DNA of 64,000 nucleotides, taken from positions 16,497 to 80,496 of the IMG/VR virus record IMGVR_UViG_3300030372_004928. The stretch is one strand, 5' to 3'. Positions 49,685-59,442 of the stretch are shown one piece after another (positions within the stretch are counted from its first letter, which is position 1; every line of letters begins with the position of its first letter). The notes under the pieces are model-generated. The model searched no databases. It worked only from the letters and a program-made list of their open reading frames with translations, and was not told where the DNA came from. This DNA is from a virus. Lineage: Duplodnaviria > Caudoviricetes. The position numbers were made by a program, and so were the translations under genes.

Positions 49685-50577
49685 TAATATTTATATTTTA
49701 TAGTGTGATTAGGATTTTCATTTATAAATTTATACAAACTACATATCATACCTTTCTTACCGCCTGTTGGTTTAAATGTATAATAAAAACTGTTTTTTAC
49801 GTTAATAGATTTTTTAGACCAATACCATACATATTTATATCTTTCTGTTCTATAAACTTTCCATCGTTCACCGTTAGGTGCAGTTTTCTTATTATAAGGT
49901 ATTTTACCTTCAGAAATTATTTTCTTTCTTTTTTGATATGAAGCTGGATTATTAATTTCAGGATTATTTCTAATTCTTTTTTGAATTCTTATATAATCTA
50001 ATCCATGCCCTAAATGAAATTCATATCCTTCTTGTATTATTAAATCAACAATTCTTTTATTAAATTTTTTTATAATTTTTATCCAATGTTTAAATGGAAG
50101 TAATCGTTTATTTAATATTTCAATTTTATTTTTAACTTTAAAATACTGTCTATTAATAGGTATAAATAATTTCCAATTAAATTTAAAATTATCTATATCT
50201 TTAAATTTACTATCAACTTTTAAAAAAGAAAGTCTATTAAGACTTTTAGTTTTTACAATGCTTTCAAAATCTATATTTGAATATTTCTTTAAATCTGATT
50301 TATAATATAATAATTTATCATAAATATACTTTCTACTTTTTACTATAGTTTCTAATTCTTTAGTATATATATCTATTTCTTTTTTTATTTTATTATTATA
50401 ATTTGCCCAGACTTCTCTAGGCTTTATAGTTAGACTTTTTTCAATTTCTTTTATTCTTTTTTTATGTAATTTTCTTTCATTATTGTAGTTATCTGTATAA
50501 ACCTTATTTAGTTTATTACAATTTTTATCTACAATAAAAGGACTGTATGTATTATATATTTTATCTTGGTTCTGCAT
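49684..50577 (-). CDS. Basic protein with C-terminal IHF/HU-like domain (crAss tail-region 'IHF')
   Basis: IIKKFNKRIVDLIIQEGYEFHLGHGLDYIRIQK...WYWSK...YTFKPT; position between ring genes. Confidence 0.55.
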   Translation of the reverse strand: MQNQDKIYNTYSPFIVDKNCNKLNKVYTDNYNNERKLHKKRIKEIEKSLTIKPREVWANYNNKIKKEIDIYTKELETIVKSRKYIYDKLLYYKSDLKKYSNIDFESIVKTKSLNRLSFLKVDSKFKDIDNFKFNWKLFIPINRQYFKVKNKIEILNKRLLPFKHWIKIIKKFNKRIVDLIIQEGYEFHLGHGLDYIRIQKRIRNNPEINNPASYQKRKKIISEGKIPYNKKTAPNGERWKVYRTERYKYVWYWSKKSINVKNSFYYTFKPTGGKKGMICSLYKFINENPNHTIKYKY

Positions 50578-51202
50578 CTACATTAACTTCTTTTTCTGGC
50601 ACTTGTAAAGATAACTCAGAATTTTTCATTCCCATTAAAATTCTAGCTAAATAATCTGGTGCAATTGGAAATTCGTCATCGTCAGATACACAAGCAGTAG
50701 AATTAACACATTTATCATTCCATTCTTTAGGGTCTAATCCAATACCAGTTATACTAATATATTTAAATTTCTTTTTAGAAATAATATAAATGTAATCATT
50801 GATATAATACCAAAAAGTTTCTTTACTTGTAAACTTATTATATTTTTGGTATTTTAATTCGCCTAAATCTACTTCTTTCCAAGAAGGATTATATAATCGT
50901 ACTGTACCTACTCTATAGAATAAACTACCTTTTAATCGTACAGGTTTAGGTACTTTATTTTTAGTTCTTAATACTTTACACCCTGCTGTTACACAAACTG
51001 AATCAAGTTCATCAACTTTAATTAGTTCATCTACATATCTTTGTAAAAGGTCACGACTTAAAGGATTTTTCTCAAAATCTTGACGAATAAATAATGCTCT
51101 ATAATATTTAATTGCAAATTTAATGCGTCTAATTAAAGCAATATCATCACTTTTACCGATACTTTCAGCATAAGAATAAGCTATTTCATTAAGACTAGCC
51201 AT
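50561..51202 (-). CDS. Tail ring protein
   Basis: IKFAIKYYRALFIRQ, KVPKP, DDEFPIAPDY; crAss ring-gene synteny. Confidence 0.65.
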   Translation of the reverse strand: MASLNEIAYSYAESIGKSDDIALIRRIKFAIKYYRALFIRQDFEKNPLSRDLLQRYVDELIKVDELDSVCVTAGCKVLRTKNKVPKPVRLKGSLFYRVGTVRLYNPSWKEVDLGELKYQKYNKFTSKETFWYYINDYIYIISKKKFKYISITGIGLDPKEWNDKCVNSTACVSDDDEFPIAPDYLARILMGMKNSELSLQVPEKEVNVDAEPR

Positions 51203-51207
51203 AATAA

Positions 51208-51351
51208 TTATTGTTTTTTATTTTCTTCTTGAGATTTTTTATTACAATTACATTTATCACGTAATTTTTTAATTCTTTCTTCTTGCTTTTTTAAAAATAA
51301 TTGAAGTTTTTTATTTTCTTCTTCGTAGTTTAATTCGCCATTTAAAATCAT
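51208..51351 (-). CDS. Small hypothetical protein (47 aa)
   Basis: Translated by hand: MILNGELNYEEENKKLQLFLKKQEERIKKLRDKCNCNKKSQEENKKQ. Fills the gap exactly. Confidence 0.55.
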   Translation of the reverse strand: MILNGELNYEEENKKLQLFLKKQEERIKKLRDKCNCNKKSQEENKKQ

Positions 51352-51366
51352 AGTATTAAATTTTTA

Positions 51367-51660
51367 TCAAAGTAATCTAAGTTTATCATTAAGCATCATT
51401 TGAATAGTTCCAACTGCTGCAGTTACTTCTTGTAATGCAGTAAGATTTTCTTGGTCTCGCTCTCTGATATATGTATTTAATTCTTTTAAATGGAGAGCAT
51501 GATGTTCTTTTACTTCTTTCAATTCTTGTCTAGAGGCTTCTCTTTCTGTAGTCATTTCTATTTTTGTTTCTTTTTTATCTTTCCATAATGCATAAATACC
51601 AATACCTAATGCAATAATAACAGGGGTTTGTTCTAATAATGTAAACAGCAATTGATCCAT
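51367..51660 (-). CDS. Single-TM holin/antiholin-like protein
   Basis: N-terminal TM segment (VIIALGIGIYALW) followed by a coiled coil; next to a holin. Confidence 0.5.
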   Translation of the reverse strand: MDQLLFTLLEQTPVIIALGIGIYALWKDKKETKIEMTTEREASRQELKEVKEHHALHLKELNTYIRERDQENLTALQEVTAAVGTIQMMLNDKLRLL

Positions 51661-51730
51661 GAGGGTTTTGTTTATATACGTTATCTATTAATTTATGTTT
51701 TTTACAATACAATTAGTCTAGAATCAAAAC

Positions 51731-51976
51731 CTACTCTTTATCATTAATTTTTTTATTTAAATCAGAATCTTTTAATTTTTCAAATGACCTTCCTCCAAAA
51801 TACGCACCTATAACTGTAATTAAAACTAATTCTAATAAACTAATCCAATTATCAGCTACATTAAATTTTGCAAAAATTCCATCAACAAAAATTAAAATTA
51901 CTGTCATTAATACTAAGAATAATAAAACTGTAGGTCTTACATTTTTTGATAACCAATTGTCTTTATTAAATTCCAT
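51731..51976 (-). CDS. Holin (GTA 3TM-holin-like family)
   Basis: WLSKNVRPTVLLFL...VIGAYFGGRSFEK is characteristic of this family; two hydrophobic helices. Confidence 0.75.
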   Translation of the reverse strand: MEFNKDNWLSKNVRPTVLLFLVLMTVILIFVDGIFAKFNVADNWISLLELVLITVIGAYFGGRSFEKLKDSDLNKKINDKE

Positions 51977-51997
51977 GAGTTTATTTTTAAATTATTT

Positions 51998-52213
51998 TTA
52001 ATTTTCTTTAGTAATAATTGTATCTAAAATAATTGCACAACTATCCATATAAGTAGTATCTATTTTTGTACCATCTCGTAAAATTTGTAATTGGTCAAAT
52101 CTATCAATTTCAAGTAAATCAATTTCATTATTTCCTCCAAAACAAGATTGTAATATTAAAAAAAAGATTAGTATACATTTAAATTTAATTAGTTTAAGTA
52201 AAAAATTTTTCAT
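51998..52213 (-). CDS. Small lipoprotein-like protein (possible spanin component)
   Basis: Basic N-terminus, hydrophobic stretch and LQSC lipobox-like site; adjacent to the holins. Confidence 0.4.
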   Translation of the reverse strand: MKNFLLKLIKFKCILIFFLILQSCFGGNNEIDLLEIDRFDQLQILRDGTKIDTTYMDSCAIILDTIITKEN

Positions 52214-52256
52214 TAGTTTTATGGGTTTCTTAAATAGTAAAAATTAGGGTTTAGTT

Positions 52257-54197
52257 TTAAGGTACATCAGAGATATAATTTGCTACACTTCCGCCAGATA
52301 CAGTAAGGTCACAACCACTACTATTCATATCATTAAGTGTAGGAAATGAAGCTATATCTCCATTATCTCCATTTCTCCACCAATTACTGTATGTTGGAGT
52401 AAATAAAGCTAAATCTAAGGGAGTACCTGAATTATATAAAGTTGTTGCATCAGTAGAACTTAATTCACTATTCCAACAAGATACTTCATCTACAGGGTCA
52501 GTATCTGCATTTTTAACTGTTCCAGTTACAGAACAAAGACCTCCAACAGACATATCAACTGCATGTGCATTTCCAGATTTAGCTATACCTCCAGTATACC
52601 CATTTGTACCAGTTACTTGAGTTGCTGTTAAAGTCATCGCTACTCCATCTATATACATATTAAATTGAGCAGCTGCATTAGCTAAAGATGTTCCTGTACT
52701 TGCTCCACTATAAGTAATTAAACAACAATGCCAATCATCATATCCATGAGGTTTTGTACATTCAAGAGTAAATAATGCAGTTCCATGTTCTCCATAATAA
52801 ATTTTTAAAGTATTATATCTGTGTTGAAATGCTACTCCTCCTGTTCCTGTTCCTCCATACACATAGCCGAATCCCCAAGGATAATTAAAACTATATTTAT
52901 TTGCTGTTTTCATCTTATACCAACACATAACACTCCATGCATCACTTGCTCCAGTTCCATCTGCTGCTCTATACATAGGAACACTATTGATTGTACCACC
53001 ATTATAAGCAGCAACACCACTACCTGCTTCGAAGCTATATGTATTTGCAAACGATGCTGAAACAATTAAACTTAGTGTTTGAGATGTAGAACCAAAATAA
53101 TTATAAGCTGTTACAATAATACTATATGTACCTGCAGCTAAACTACTACCACCTATTATTTTTCTACGTTCAAAATCTGTTTGTGTTATATTACCTGCAG
53201 GTACTGTTCCTGTAGTACTTATATCAAAATCTACAGAAACTATATTAGTACCTGTTACAGTATGGTTTATATTATTTCCAGCAGTTAATAAAATTGTGCT
53301 TGTACTTGTTATAACGGGTAAATTACCTACTAAACCTCCTGCATTTGCAAAATATGTATTTAATTCTGTTACTGCTGTAGCGACAGGAGTTGTAACAAGA
53401 ACACCGTCAATATAAGTAGTAGTTATATCTAAAGCATTAATTATTACAGTATCTCCTCCTTTTTCTTGAATTTTTATAGCTGAACCATTAACAACTGCTT
53501 CTACAGTATTTATAGGGTCTGTTCTTAATATATTAGTTGTTGTAACGTCTTTAAACGCTATATTAGTTAGTGTAGAATCTTTTACTACATTTATTGCAGT
53601 ATATCTTAATATAGAAGGTTTACCGTAATCAATAAGACCAAATGAAACAACTTCAGTAATATTATTTAATAATAAATAAATAACATCTGTACCTGTAGTT
53701 CCAGAATAAACTAATCCAATATATATATCTTGTGGATTTTCTACAAGAGATGCAGCTACACGTAATTTAATTTTATCAACTATTATACAAGTATGTTCTT
53801 GCATCAGTCCACTTGCATCAAGTAATGTACCTCCTGTTACTGCATCATATGCACGACCTTTTATTGTAGCACCTACTAATCCATTTTCTAATGAAACTAA
53901 AGGGGCTTTTTTTGGAAATTCTTTAATATTTGTTATATAACAAGCAGGTATATAAACAACAGTTGTTAAAATTAAATTTGTTTCAGTTAATGTAGTATAA
54001 GTTGTTATAGTAGGATCAACTTCAAGAGTTAAATAAACATCAGTTGCAAAAGCATCTCCTTCTAAAAGCATGTTAGTTTTATCAATTACATAACAAATTT
54101 TAGTATTACTTAAAGCACCTGTTGTTGGAGTATATACATTACCCTCAATAACAGAACCTATTAAGTTTGTATTTCTATAATTAAATAAATCGGACAT
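52257..54197 (-). CDS. Tail fibre/receptor-binding protein with Ig-like and LamG/concanavalin-like domains
   Basis: GTYSIIVTAYNYFGS (Ig-like); WSVMCWYK...DDWHCCLITYSG...FNMYIDGV...DEVSCWNSELS...LYNSG...WWRNGD (LamG-like). Confidence 0.7.
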   Translation of the reverse strand: MSDLFNYRNTNLIGSVIEGNVYTPTTGALSNTKICYVIDKTNMLLEGDAFATDVYLTLEVDPTITTYTTLTETNLILTTVVYIPACYITNIKEFPKKAPLVSLENGLVGATIKGRAYDAVTGGTLLDASGLMQEHTCIIVDKIKLRVAASLVENPQDIYIGLVYSGTTGTDVIYLLLNNITEVVSFGLIDYGKPSILRYTAINVVKDSTLTNIAFKDVTTTNILRTDPINTVEAVVNGSAIKIQEKGGDTVIINALDITTTYIDGVLVTTPVATAVTELNTYFANAGGLVGNLPVITSTSTILLTAGNNINHTVTGTNIVSVDFDISTTGTVPAGNITQTDFERRKIIGGSSLAAGTYSIIVTAYNYFGSTSQTLSLIVSASFANTYSFEAGSGVAAYNGGTINSVPMYRAADGTGASDAWSVMCWYKMKTANKYSFNYPWGFGYVYGGTGTGGVAFQHRYNTLKIYYGEHGTALFTLECTKPHGYDDWHCCLITYSGASTGTSLANAAAQFNMYIDGVAMTLTATQVTGTNGYTGGIAKSGNAHAVDMSVGGLCSVTGTVKNADTDPVDEVSCWNSELSSTDATTLYNSGTPLDLALFTPTYSNWWRNGDNGDIASFPTLNDMNSSGCDLTVSGGSVANYISDVP

Positions 54198-54217
54198 TTA
54201 AATTAATTAATTTAAAA

Positions 54218-54925
54218 TTATGCAATTACAACTCTTATTTCTAAAGCTGTTCCTGTATCTATTTTAACATCTCCATTAACTTCAACTGTAACACTTGTCA
54301 TAGTTGAACCTAAGATTAATTGAACACCTGTTGAATGATTAAAAGCTTGAACAGAAGGATAAAGACCTCTTCCGTGTGTTGCTGCTGTTACTGTTAAAAC
54401 ACTTCCTGAAAAAGAAGATGTACCTGCAGTAGCTGTATATTTAGTACTAGCATTTACTTTGTATTTTACATAGTAAATATCCGTTGTTCCTGCAGGAACA
54501 GAACCTACTACAGAGCCGTCAGATGCTTTAATAATTTCTGTTGTTATAGTAGTATTATCTCCTGCTGCAACTACTGGTAAAGCTGAAGGAACAACTACAG
54601 TAGTAAATGTTTCTCCACTTGCAGTAACTGAATCTGCTCTACCTATAACTTCCGTTCCTGTTACAATTTTTACTAAACCTTGTGTAGCTACTGAAGCAGT
54701 ATCTTCAGGATTTAATTTAAAAGTTAATGAATTAAATAATTTTTCAAAAACATCTTGACTAGGAAAATGGTCTTTTAAAAATCTATTAAAAGCCATTATT
54801 TTATCGCCGTTTACATCTGTAACTTGGTATTCTATTATATAATTTGTTTCTTTATCAGCTTTAGTACCTGCAGGTACTTGTGTCGCTCTAAGAAAAAATT
54901 CTCTATATTCTTTTATTGTTGACAT
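54218..54925 (-). CDS. Tail-associated structural protein
   Basis: Thr/Val-rich beta-type composition, QGLVKI motif; lies within the tail gene cluster. Confidence 0.55.
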   Translation of the reverse strand: MSTIKEYREFFLRATQVPAGTKADKETNYIIEYQVTDVNGDKIMAFNRFLKDHFPSQDVFEKLFNSLTFKLNPEDTASVATQGLVKIVTGTEVIGRADSVTASGETFTTVVVPSALPVVAAGDNTTITTEIIKASDGSVVGSVPAGTTDIYYVKYKVNASTKYTATAGTSSFSGSVLTVTAATHGRGLYPSVQAFNHSTGVQLILGSTMTSVTVEVNGDVKIDTGTALEIRVVIA

Positions 54926-54926
54926 C

Positions 54927-55409
54927 TTATGTAATTAAAATAGTAGAAGAATAATTTTTAGCAATTAATTGAGTAAGGTCTACTTTTGTGCCAGTAGAGG
55001 TAGAAGCTGTAGGAGATATAGCATTTTCTATTTTAAATGTTGTTTCAAAAGATATTGAATTAATACCTTCATTTTTACCAACACGAGTAGATGCTAAATC
55101 AATTCCTATTGTAGTAAAAAGTAATTGTAAATCTATACCTACACACCTAAAGCATTCCCTTAATTCACTTATTTTATAAAAAGTTAATAAATAACTAAAC
55201 GTATATTTTTGACTTGAAAAATCCTTATAGAATAAAGTGACTAATAGTATAGCCATTTGATATTGACTTAATCCAGCAAGTAAATTACTTTCTCCTTCAA
55301 TATCTTCATCATTAAATTGTTGTGTAAGTAATGAAGCTATTTTAGTAGAATAAACTGAATATAATTTTGAATGTACTGTATTTAAATCTTTACAATACAG
55401 TAATGGTAT
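54927..55409 (-). CDS. Tail-associated (hub-type) protein, start uncertain
   Basis: The supplied ORF from 55571 overlaps the upstream gene by 161 nt. An in-frame ATA at 55409 lies 1 nt after the upstream stop; the next ATG is about 50 codons further on. Confidence 0.5.
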   Translation of the reverse strand: MPLLYCKDLNTVHSKLYSVYSTKIASLLTQQFNDEDIEGESNLLAGLSQYQMAILLVTLFYKDFSSQKYTFSYLLTFYKISELRECFRCVGIDLQLLFTTIGIDLASTRVGKNEGINSISFETTFKIENAISPTASTSTGTKVDLTQLIAKNYSSTILIT

Positions 55410-55410
55410 A

Positions 55411-57330
55411 TTAAGAGCAGCCACAAGTTCCTGTATTTGTATCAACAGTAGTAGTACTACAAGTACCACAATATTCTTCAATTCTGTCGAGATATTGTTT
55501 AATAGTATATAATTTATCAGTATCGCTAGTTGTAAAGACTGTATATACAAAGTTTTTAATATATAAATCATTTAATAAAGCAAAATAATTATATGTTAAA
55601 ACAGAAAATGCATTAAAGTCATAAACATCTGTAGGCGTTATATTACATAAGCCACTACAATTTCCACCACAAGAACAATCTGCTTTAGGGTTACAAACTC
55701 TTTCTTTTGTAAAATCTACAAAACAAGCTTTCATACCACAATCTTGAATTATAACTTTATATTCTGTTGTAGCACCTACAGTTGTAGTAACTCTATAAAC
55801 TCCATCATTTGGTGTTAATATATCGTATGTAGAACAAGGCTTAACTGTTTTAGTAGTTATAAATGATGCCCAATTTTTATCTTTATCTAAAGATTCAACT
55901 ACTAAAGTTAATTCAGAAGAAGATAAATTTGTTAGTGTATGTTTACCACATTCACTTTCAACTATTTTATAAAAAGAGCATCCTGTAAATGTTTTTGTAT
56001 AAGTGCAACTGTAAGCACCTGTACTTATTTCTCCTACAACAGCATAATCTCCTTCACAAGGAAAATCAAGAAGTACTTGACTACCTGATAATGCAGGTAA
56101 AGGGTTTATTGAAATTGATGATGATTTTTCATTTATATAATTACCACAACCATCATATAAAGTAGCTTTTAAAGTAACTGTTTCAGTACTAACAATACTC
56201 ACATCATCGTATTTTAATACACTAATTGTAGATGTATCAAGAATAAATTGAACTGTATTTGTTTCTATTTTAACTAAACAATCATTTGTTGTACAACAAT
56301 TAACGCAACTAATTCCACAACTAAAAGTAGGAATAAGTACTAAATTAATAAATGTTAAAGGTCCGTGAGTACAAGTATCTAAAACTGCAGGAGGGCATGA
56401 AGTTTTATCATACATAGTAGATACTAAATTTATAGCACTACCTCCATAGCAAGGTAAAATAGAAGAATGAGAAGTAGATAAAACAACAGGAGTAGAACTA
56501 GTATCTTTATATTCAACACTATCGTTTATTTCAGAATAATTTGCATTTAAATATAAATCATTTGTAAAAGGTTTTCTCCATCCTACAAAATTTGAATAAG
56601 CTAATTTTCCACTAATTACTGCTTCTGTACCTCCAGTTAAAGTAAATGTTTCTCCAACACCAGGTTTATACCCTGTTCCATTTGTTTCAGTAAGAGTTAC
56701 TGTATTACCAGGATTTATTGAATTCCAGTTTGAAACTAAAGTAGCTAAAGTAGTCGCTCCATCTCCTGCAGTTAAAGATATTGAATTACCTGTAACTCCA
56801 TCTTTAACTGCTTCTAATTTAATAGTTTCTCCAGAACCTGTAGTAGTTGTCCAAGTCCCTGTAAGAGAAGAATTCGGTATAGTACCTGTAGTTGCTTTTG
56901 CAGTTCCATAATTATTTGGAATCATTACAAGATAAAATTCAGGATTAACATTAGTTGCAGCTATACTCGGATTTTTACCTATATCATATCCAAAAACAGT
57001 AAATTTTCTTTCTATTGTTTTATAGTTAGTTTTATTTAAAGTTATACTTACTTCTACCGCATCCCAAAGATTTGCTATAGTCATTGTCATAGCAACATAT
57101 TGGTAATTTTCTAGACTAATGGCAGTAACGGTAGCATTTCCTGCAGTAACAGGAAGTGGGGTAGGATAAGTAAATGTACCACTTGATAAGTCACTAAAAG
57201 TAATAACTTCAACTCCATTAACAGATATACTTCCATTCATACCTGTATAATCACTAGTTGTTGTTGCTTGACAAAAAGATGGTGTACCTGAATCATAGAC
57301 AGCATCTTGCACATTAAATCTTAGTTTCAC
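55411..57330 (-). CDS. Cys-rich tail hub/collar structural protein
   Basis: GTG start; many Cys with C-terminal GTCGCS; position after the auxiliary capsid gene, as in crAss-like phages. Confidence 0.6.
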   Translation of the reverse strand: MKLRFNVQDAVYDSGTPSFCQATTTSDYTGMNGSISVNGVEVITFSDLSSGTFTYPTPLPVTAGNATVTAISLENYQYVAMTMTIANLWDAVEVSITLNKTNYKTIERKFTVFGYDIGKNPSIAATNVNPEFYLVMIPNNYGTAKATTGTIPNSSLTGTWTTTTGSGETIKLEAVKDGVTGNSISLTAGDGATTLATLVSNWNSINPGNTVTLTETNGTGYKPGVGETFTLTGGTEAVISGKLAYSNFVGWRKPFTNDLYLNANYSEINDSVEYKDTSSTPVVLSTSHSSILPCYGGSAINLVSTMYDKTSCPPAVLDTCTHGPLTFINLVLIPTFSCGISCVNCCTTNDCLVKIETNTVQFILDTSTISVLKYDDVSIVSTETVTLKATLYDGCGNYINEKSSSISINPLPALSGSQVLLDFPCEGDYAVVGEISTGAYSCTYTKTFTGCSFYKIVESECGKHTLTNLSSSELTLVVESLDKDKNWASFITTKTVKPCSTYDILTPNDGVYRVTTTVGATTEYKVIIQDCGMKACFVDFTKERVCNPKADCSCGGNCSGLCNITPTDVYDFNAFSVLTYNYFALLNDLYIKNFVYTVFTTSDTDKLYTIKQYLDRIEEYCGTCSTTTVDTNTGTCGCS

Positions 57331-57353
57331 GCTATTAAAATTTAAAAGTTATA

Positions 57354-57386
57354 AAAAAGACTGCTACCGTTTGTAACAGCCTTTTT
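57354..57386 (-). terminator. Intrinsic terminator of the capsid operon
   Basis: On the - strand: aaaaaggctgttac-aaacg-gtagcagtcttttt, immediately downstream of the auxiliary capsid gene. Confidence 0.75.
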
Positions 57387-57404
57387 AAAAAAACATGGAA
57401 AAGA

Positions 57405-58346
57405 TTATAGAGTACCAAAAGCAGCTTGACCGCTACCAGTACTTGGTACTTGTGTAACAAGAACTCCTAAAATAGTGTCCATTGCAGTAACAATATCTGT
57501 GCCAGTAGGTAGGAGCATAGTCGTTCCTAAAACAGCAGAATTTTGGCTATTTAATGATCTACTTTCTTGTTCCCAATTTAATTGGTACTGAATGTAATTA
57601 GTGGCAGCAACGATTTCTTTTGCTTGTGTCCACAATTTATCAGTATACCAAATTGGACTTGTAGAACCATCATAAATTTGACCTTGAGATTCAAGACCAA
57701 CTAAATCTGCTCCTTGACCTTCAGAAAATACTGCAGGAGTACTAACAGTAGCAACTGCATTTTCAATTACAGGTCCATTAAATCCTACATCAAAAGTTGT
57801 ATTCTTGCTTTTTGCTGTTAGAGTAAAAGTAACACCTGCTGAAGTTACAGCTGCAGTTACATATTTACTATTAGCATTAATTTTGTCTACAATCTTTTGA
57901 ACGCATGTAGTATTTGTTTCTGCACTTACTACACTAATGCTGTGTCTTTCTTTTAGCATTGCAGGTTCGATACCTGCATCCCATAACATAATAGAAACTT
58001 CAGCTTCTTCTCCTGCAACGTAAGTAGCAGGTAAATTAAGTGGAGTAACTGTTGTTACTTGTAGTGTGTGTGCTTGATATGCATTCTTAATTCTATGAAA
58101 TGAATCTCTATCAATTAATTGACTTACTTTCACATCATTTGTGCGACCTACAGCTATATAAAAAGATTTAACATCTTTTAAATTAGCTGCGGTAGTTGTT
58201 GTTTCCACCATTAAACCACTTTCTGCGAAAACGGCAATAGCGCCAGGAAGAAGTAAATCGACTTCGTGTATACCAGCGATTGTTCCTCCTGTTTTTGCTT
58301 TGTAGGCAACATCTTTACCTACAATTAAATCGAACATACTATCCAT
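57405..58346 (-). CDS. Auxiliary capsid / conserved crAss structural protein
   Basis: Ala/Thr/Val-rich; ends the highly expressed capsid operon at a terminator; synteny with crAss-like phages. Confidence 0.6.
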   Translation of the reverse strand: MDSMFDLIVGKDVAYKAKTGGTIAGIHEVDLLLPGAIAVFAESGLMVETTTTAANLKDVKSFYIAVGRTNDVKVSQLIDRDSFHRIKNAYQAHTLQVTTVTPLNLPATYVAGEEAEVSIMLWDAGIEPAMLKERHSISVVSAETNTTCVQKIVDKINANSKYVTAAVTSAGVTFTLTAKSKNTTFDVGFNGPVIENAVATVSTPAVFSEGQGADLVGLESQGQIYDGSTSPIWYTDKLWTQAKEIVAATNYIQYQLNWEQESRSLNSQNSAVLGTTMLLPTGTDIVTAMDTILGVLVTQVPSTGSGQAAFGTL

Positions 58347-58358
58347 TGTTATAATATT

Positions 58359-59435
58359 TTATTCGTTAGATTGATTAATAAAATTTGTTAATGTTTTTAC
58401 TTCTCTTGGATTACCAATAAAAGCACTAGCTGCTTCAACAGCTATATCAATTATTTTATCATGACGAGCCTCATGTAACTCACAAGAAACGTCTAGATAA
58501 TAATTTATTAGCTTAGGTTTTCTATAATAAACGATTTCTATATGATCAGTTGCAAATTTAGAATTATGATGTAATAGAATTCGATTATCAGTTAATTCAG
58601 TTATTGGACTATCCGAACCAGTTGATTGGAAAGGATTGGCAATAAATGATTGAACAAATTGTGTAGGTACTAATCTTGTTTCTTTTTTAGCTAATGTTCC
58701 TGTAATAGTAGAATAATAACTATAATTAAGACTTGCAAAACTAGTTTCAGCACTTAATGCTCCTTTAACGTTCATAACTATCTTATTTAAATTATCAGCA
58801 CTACTAACAAAAATAAAATTGTTAGGTTTATAAATGTCTCCGTATTTTTCCCAATAAACTTTAACATTATTGCTTTTTCGATTATTTTCATAAATAGCAA
58901 AATTGCTAATTAAGAATTTTTCATCATTTGCAGATAATGTAGGAAATTTTGGATAGTCACTTAATTGTGCTAAAATTAAACTAGAACCGTCATTATACGT
59001 TAAAGTCCATTTAAAATCTGAATACAAACTTGTTGTTGCAACATCATCAACGAAAGGTAAGTATGCTATATATAAATTTGCCGTACTACTTGTTGTTGTA
59101 ACACCATTACAATTCTCTTTTAGGCTTGTATTGGCAGTTATAAAATCAAAAAAATCATAGGGCAATACAGAAAACAAAACATTATCTTCTAAAATATACA
59201 TTTTCTGTGATTTTTTAGTTACTAATGTTTGCAAGTCATCATATCGTTTAGTAGCTTTTTGTGAACCTTCTACTTTCTTATTGTTTTCATTCGGCGGTAG
59301 AGTTACTCTAATAAATTTGTTTTGAGCATAATTTAAAAGAATATCTTTCTCTGCAGGATAAAAAATATCAAAAGCATTAGAATTCATTCGCTGCAAACGA
59401 GAATCAAATTGCACATGCATTTCTTGTACTAGCAT
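58359..59435 (-). CDS. Tail ring / head-tail connector protein
   Basis: EMHVQFD...AEKDILLNYAQ...KRYDDLQTLV...YYRKP...CEL...HDKIIDIAV; typical crAss ring-protein layout. Confidence 0.65.
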   Translation of the reverse strand: MLVQEMHVQFDSRLQRMNSNAFDIFYPAEKDILLNYAQNKFIRVTLPPNENNKKVEGSQKATKRYDDLQTLVTKKSQKMYILEDNVLFSVLPYDFFDFITANTSLKENCNGVTTTSSTANLYIAYLPFVDDVATTSLYSDFKWTLTYNDGSSLILAQLSDYPKFPTLSANDEKFLISNFAIYENNRKSNNVKVYWEKYGDIYKPNNFIFVSSADNLNKIVMNVKGALSAETSFASLNYSYYSTITGTLAKKETRLVPTQFVQSFIANPFQSTGSDSPITELTDNRILLHHNSKFATDHIEIVYYRKPKLINYYLDVSCELHEARHDKIIDIAVEAASAFIGNPREVKTLTNFINQSNE

Positions 59436-59442
59436 AATTACT

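Noticed and set aside
52257-57330. Diversity-generating retroelement or invertible fibre cassette
   Set aside because: No reverse transcriptase, recombinase, or near-identical TR/VR nucleotide repeat was seen; the C-terminal domain is LamG-like rather than C-type lectin.
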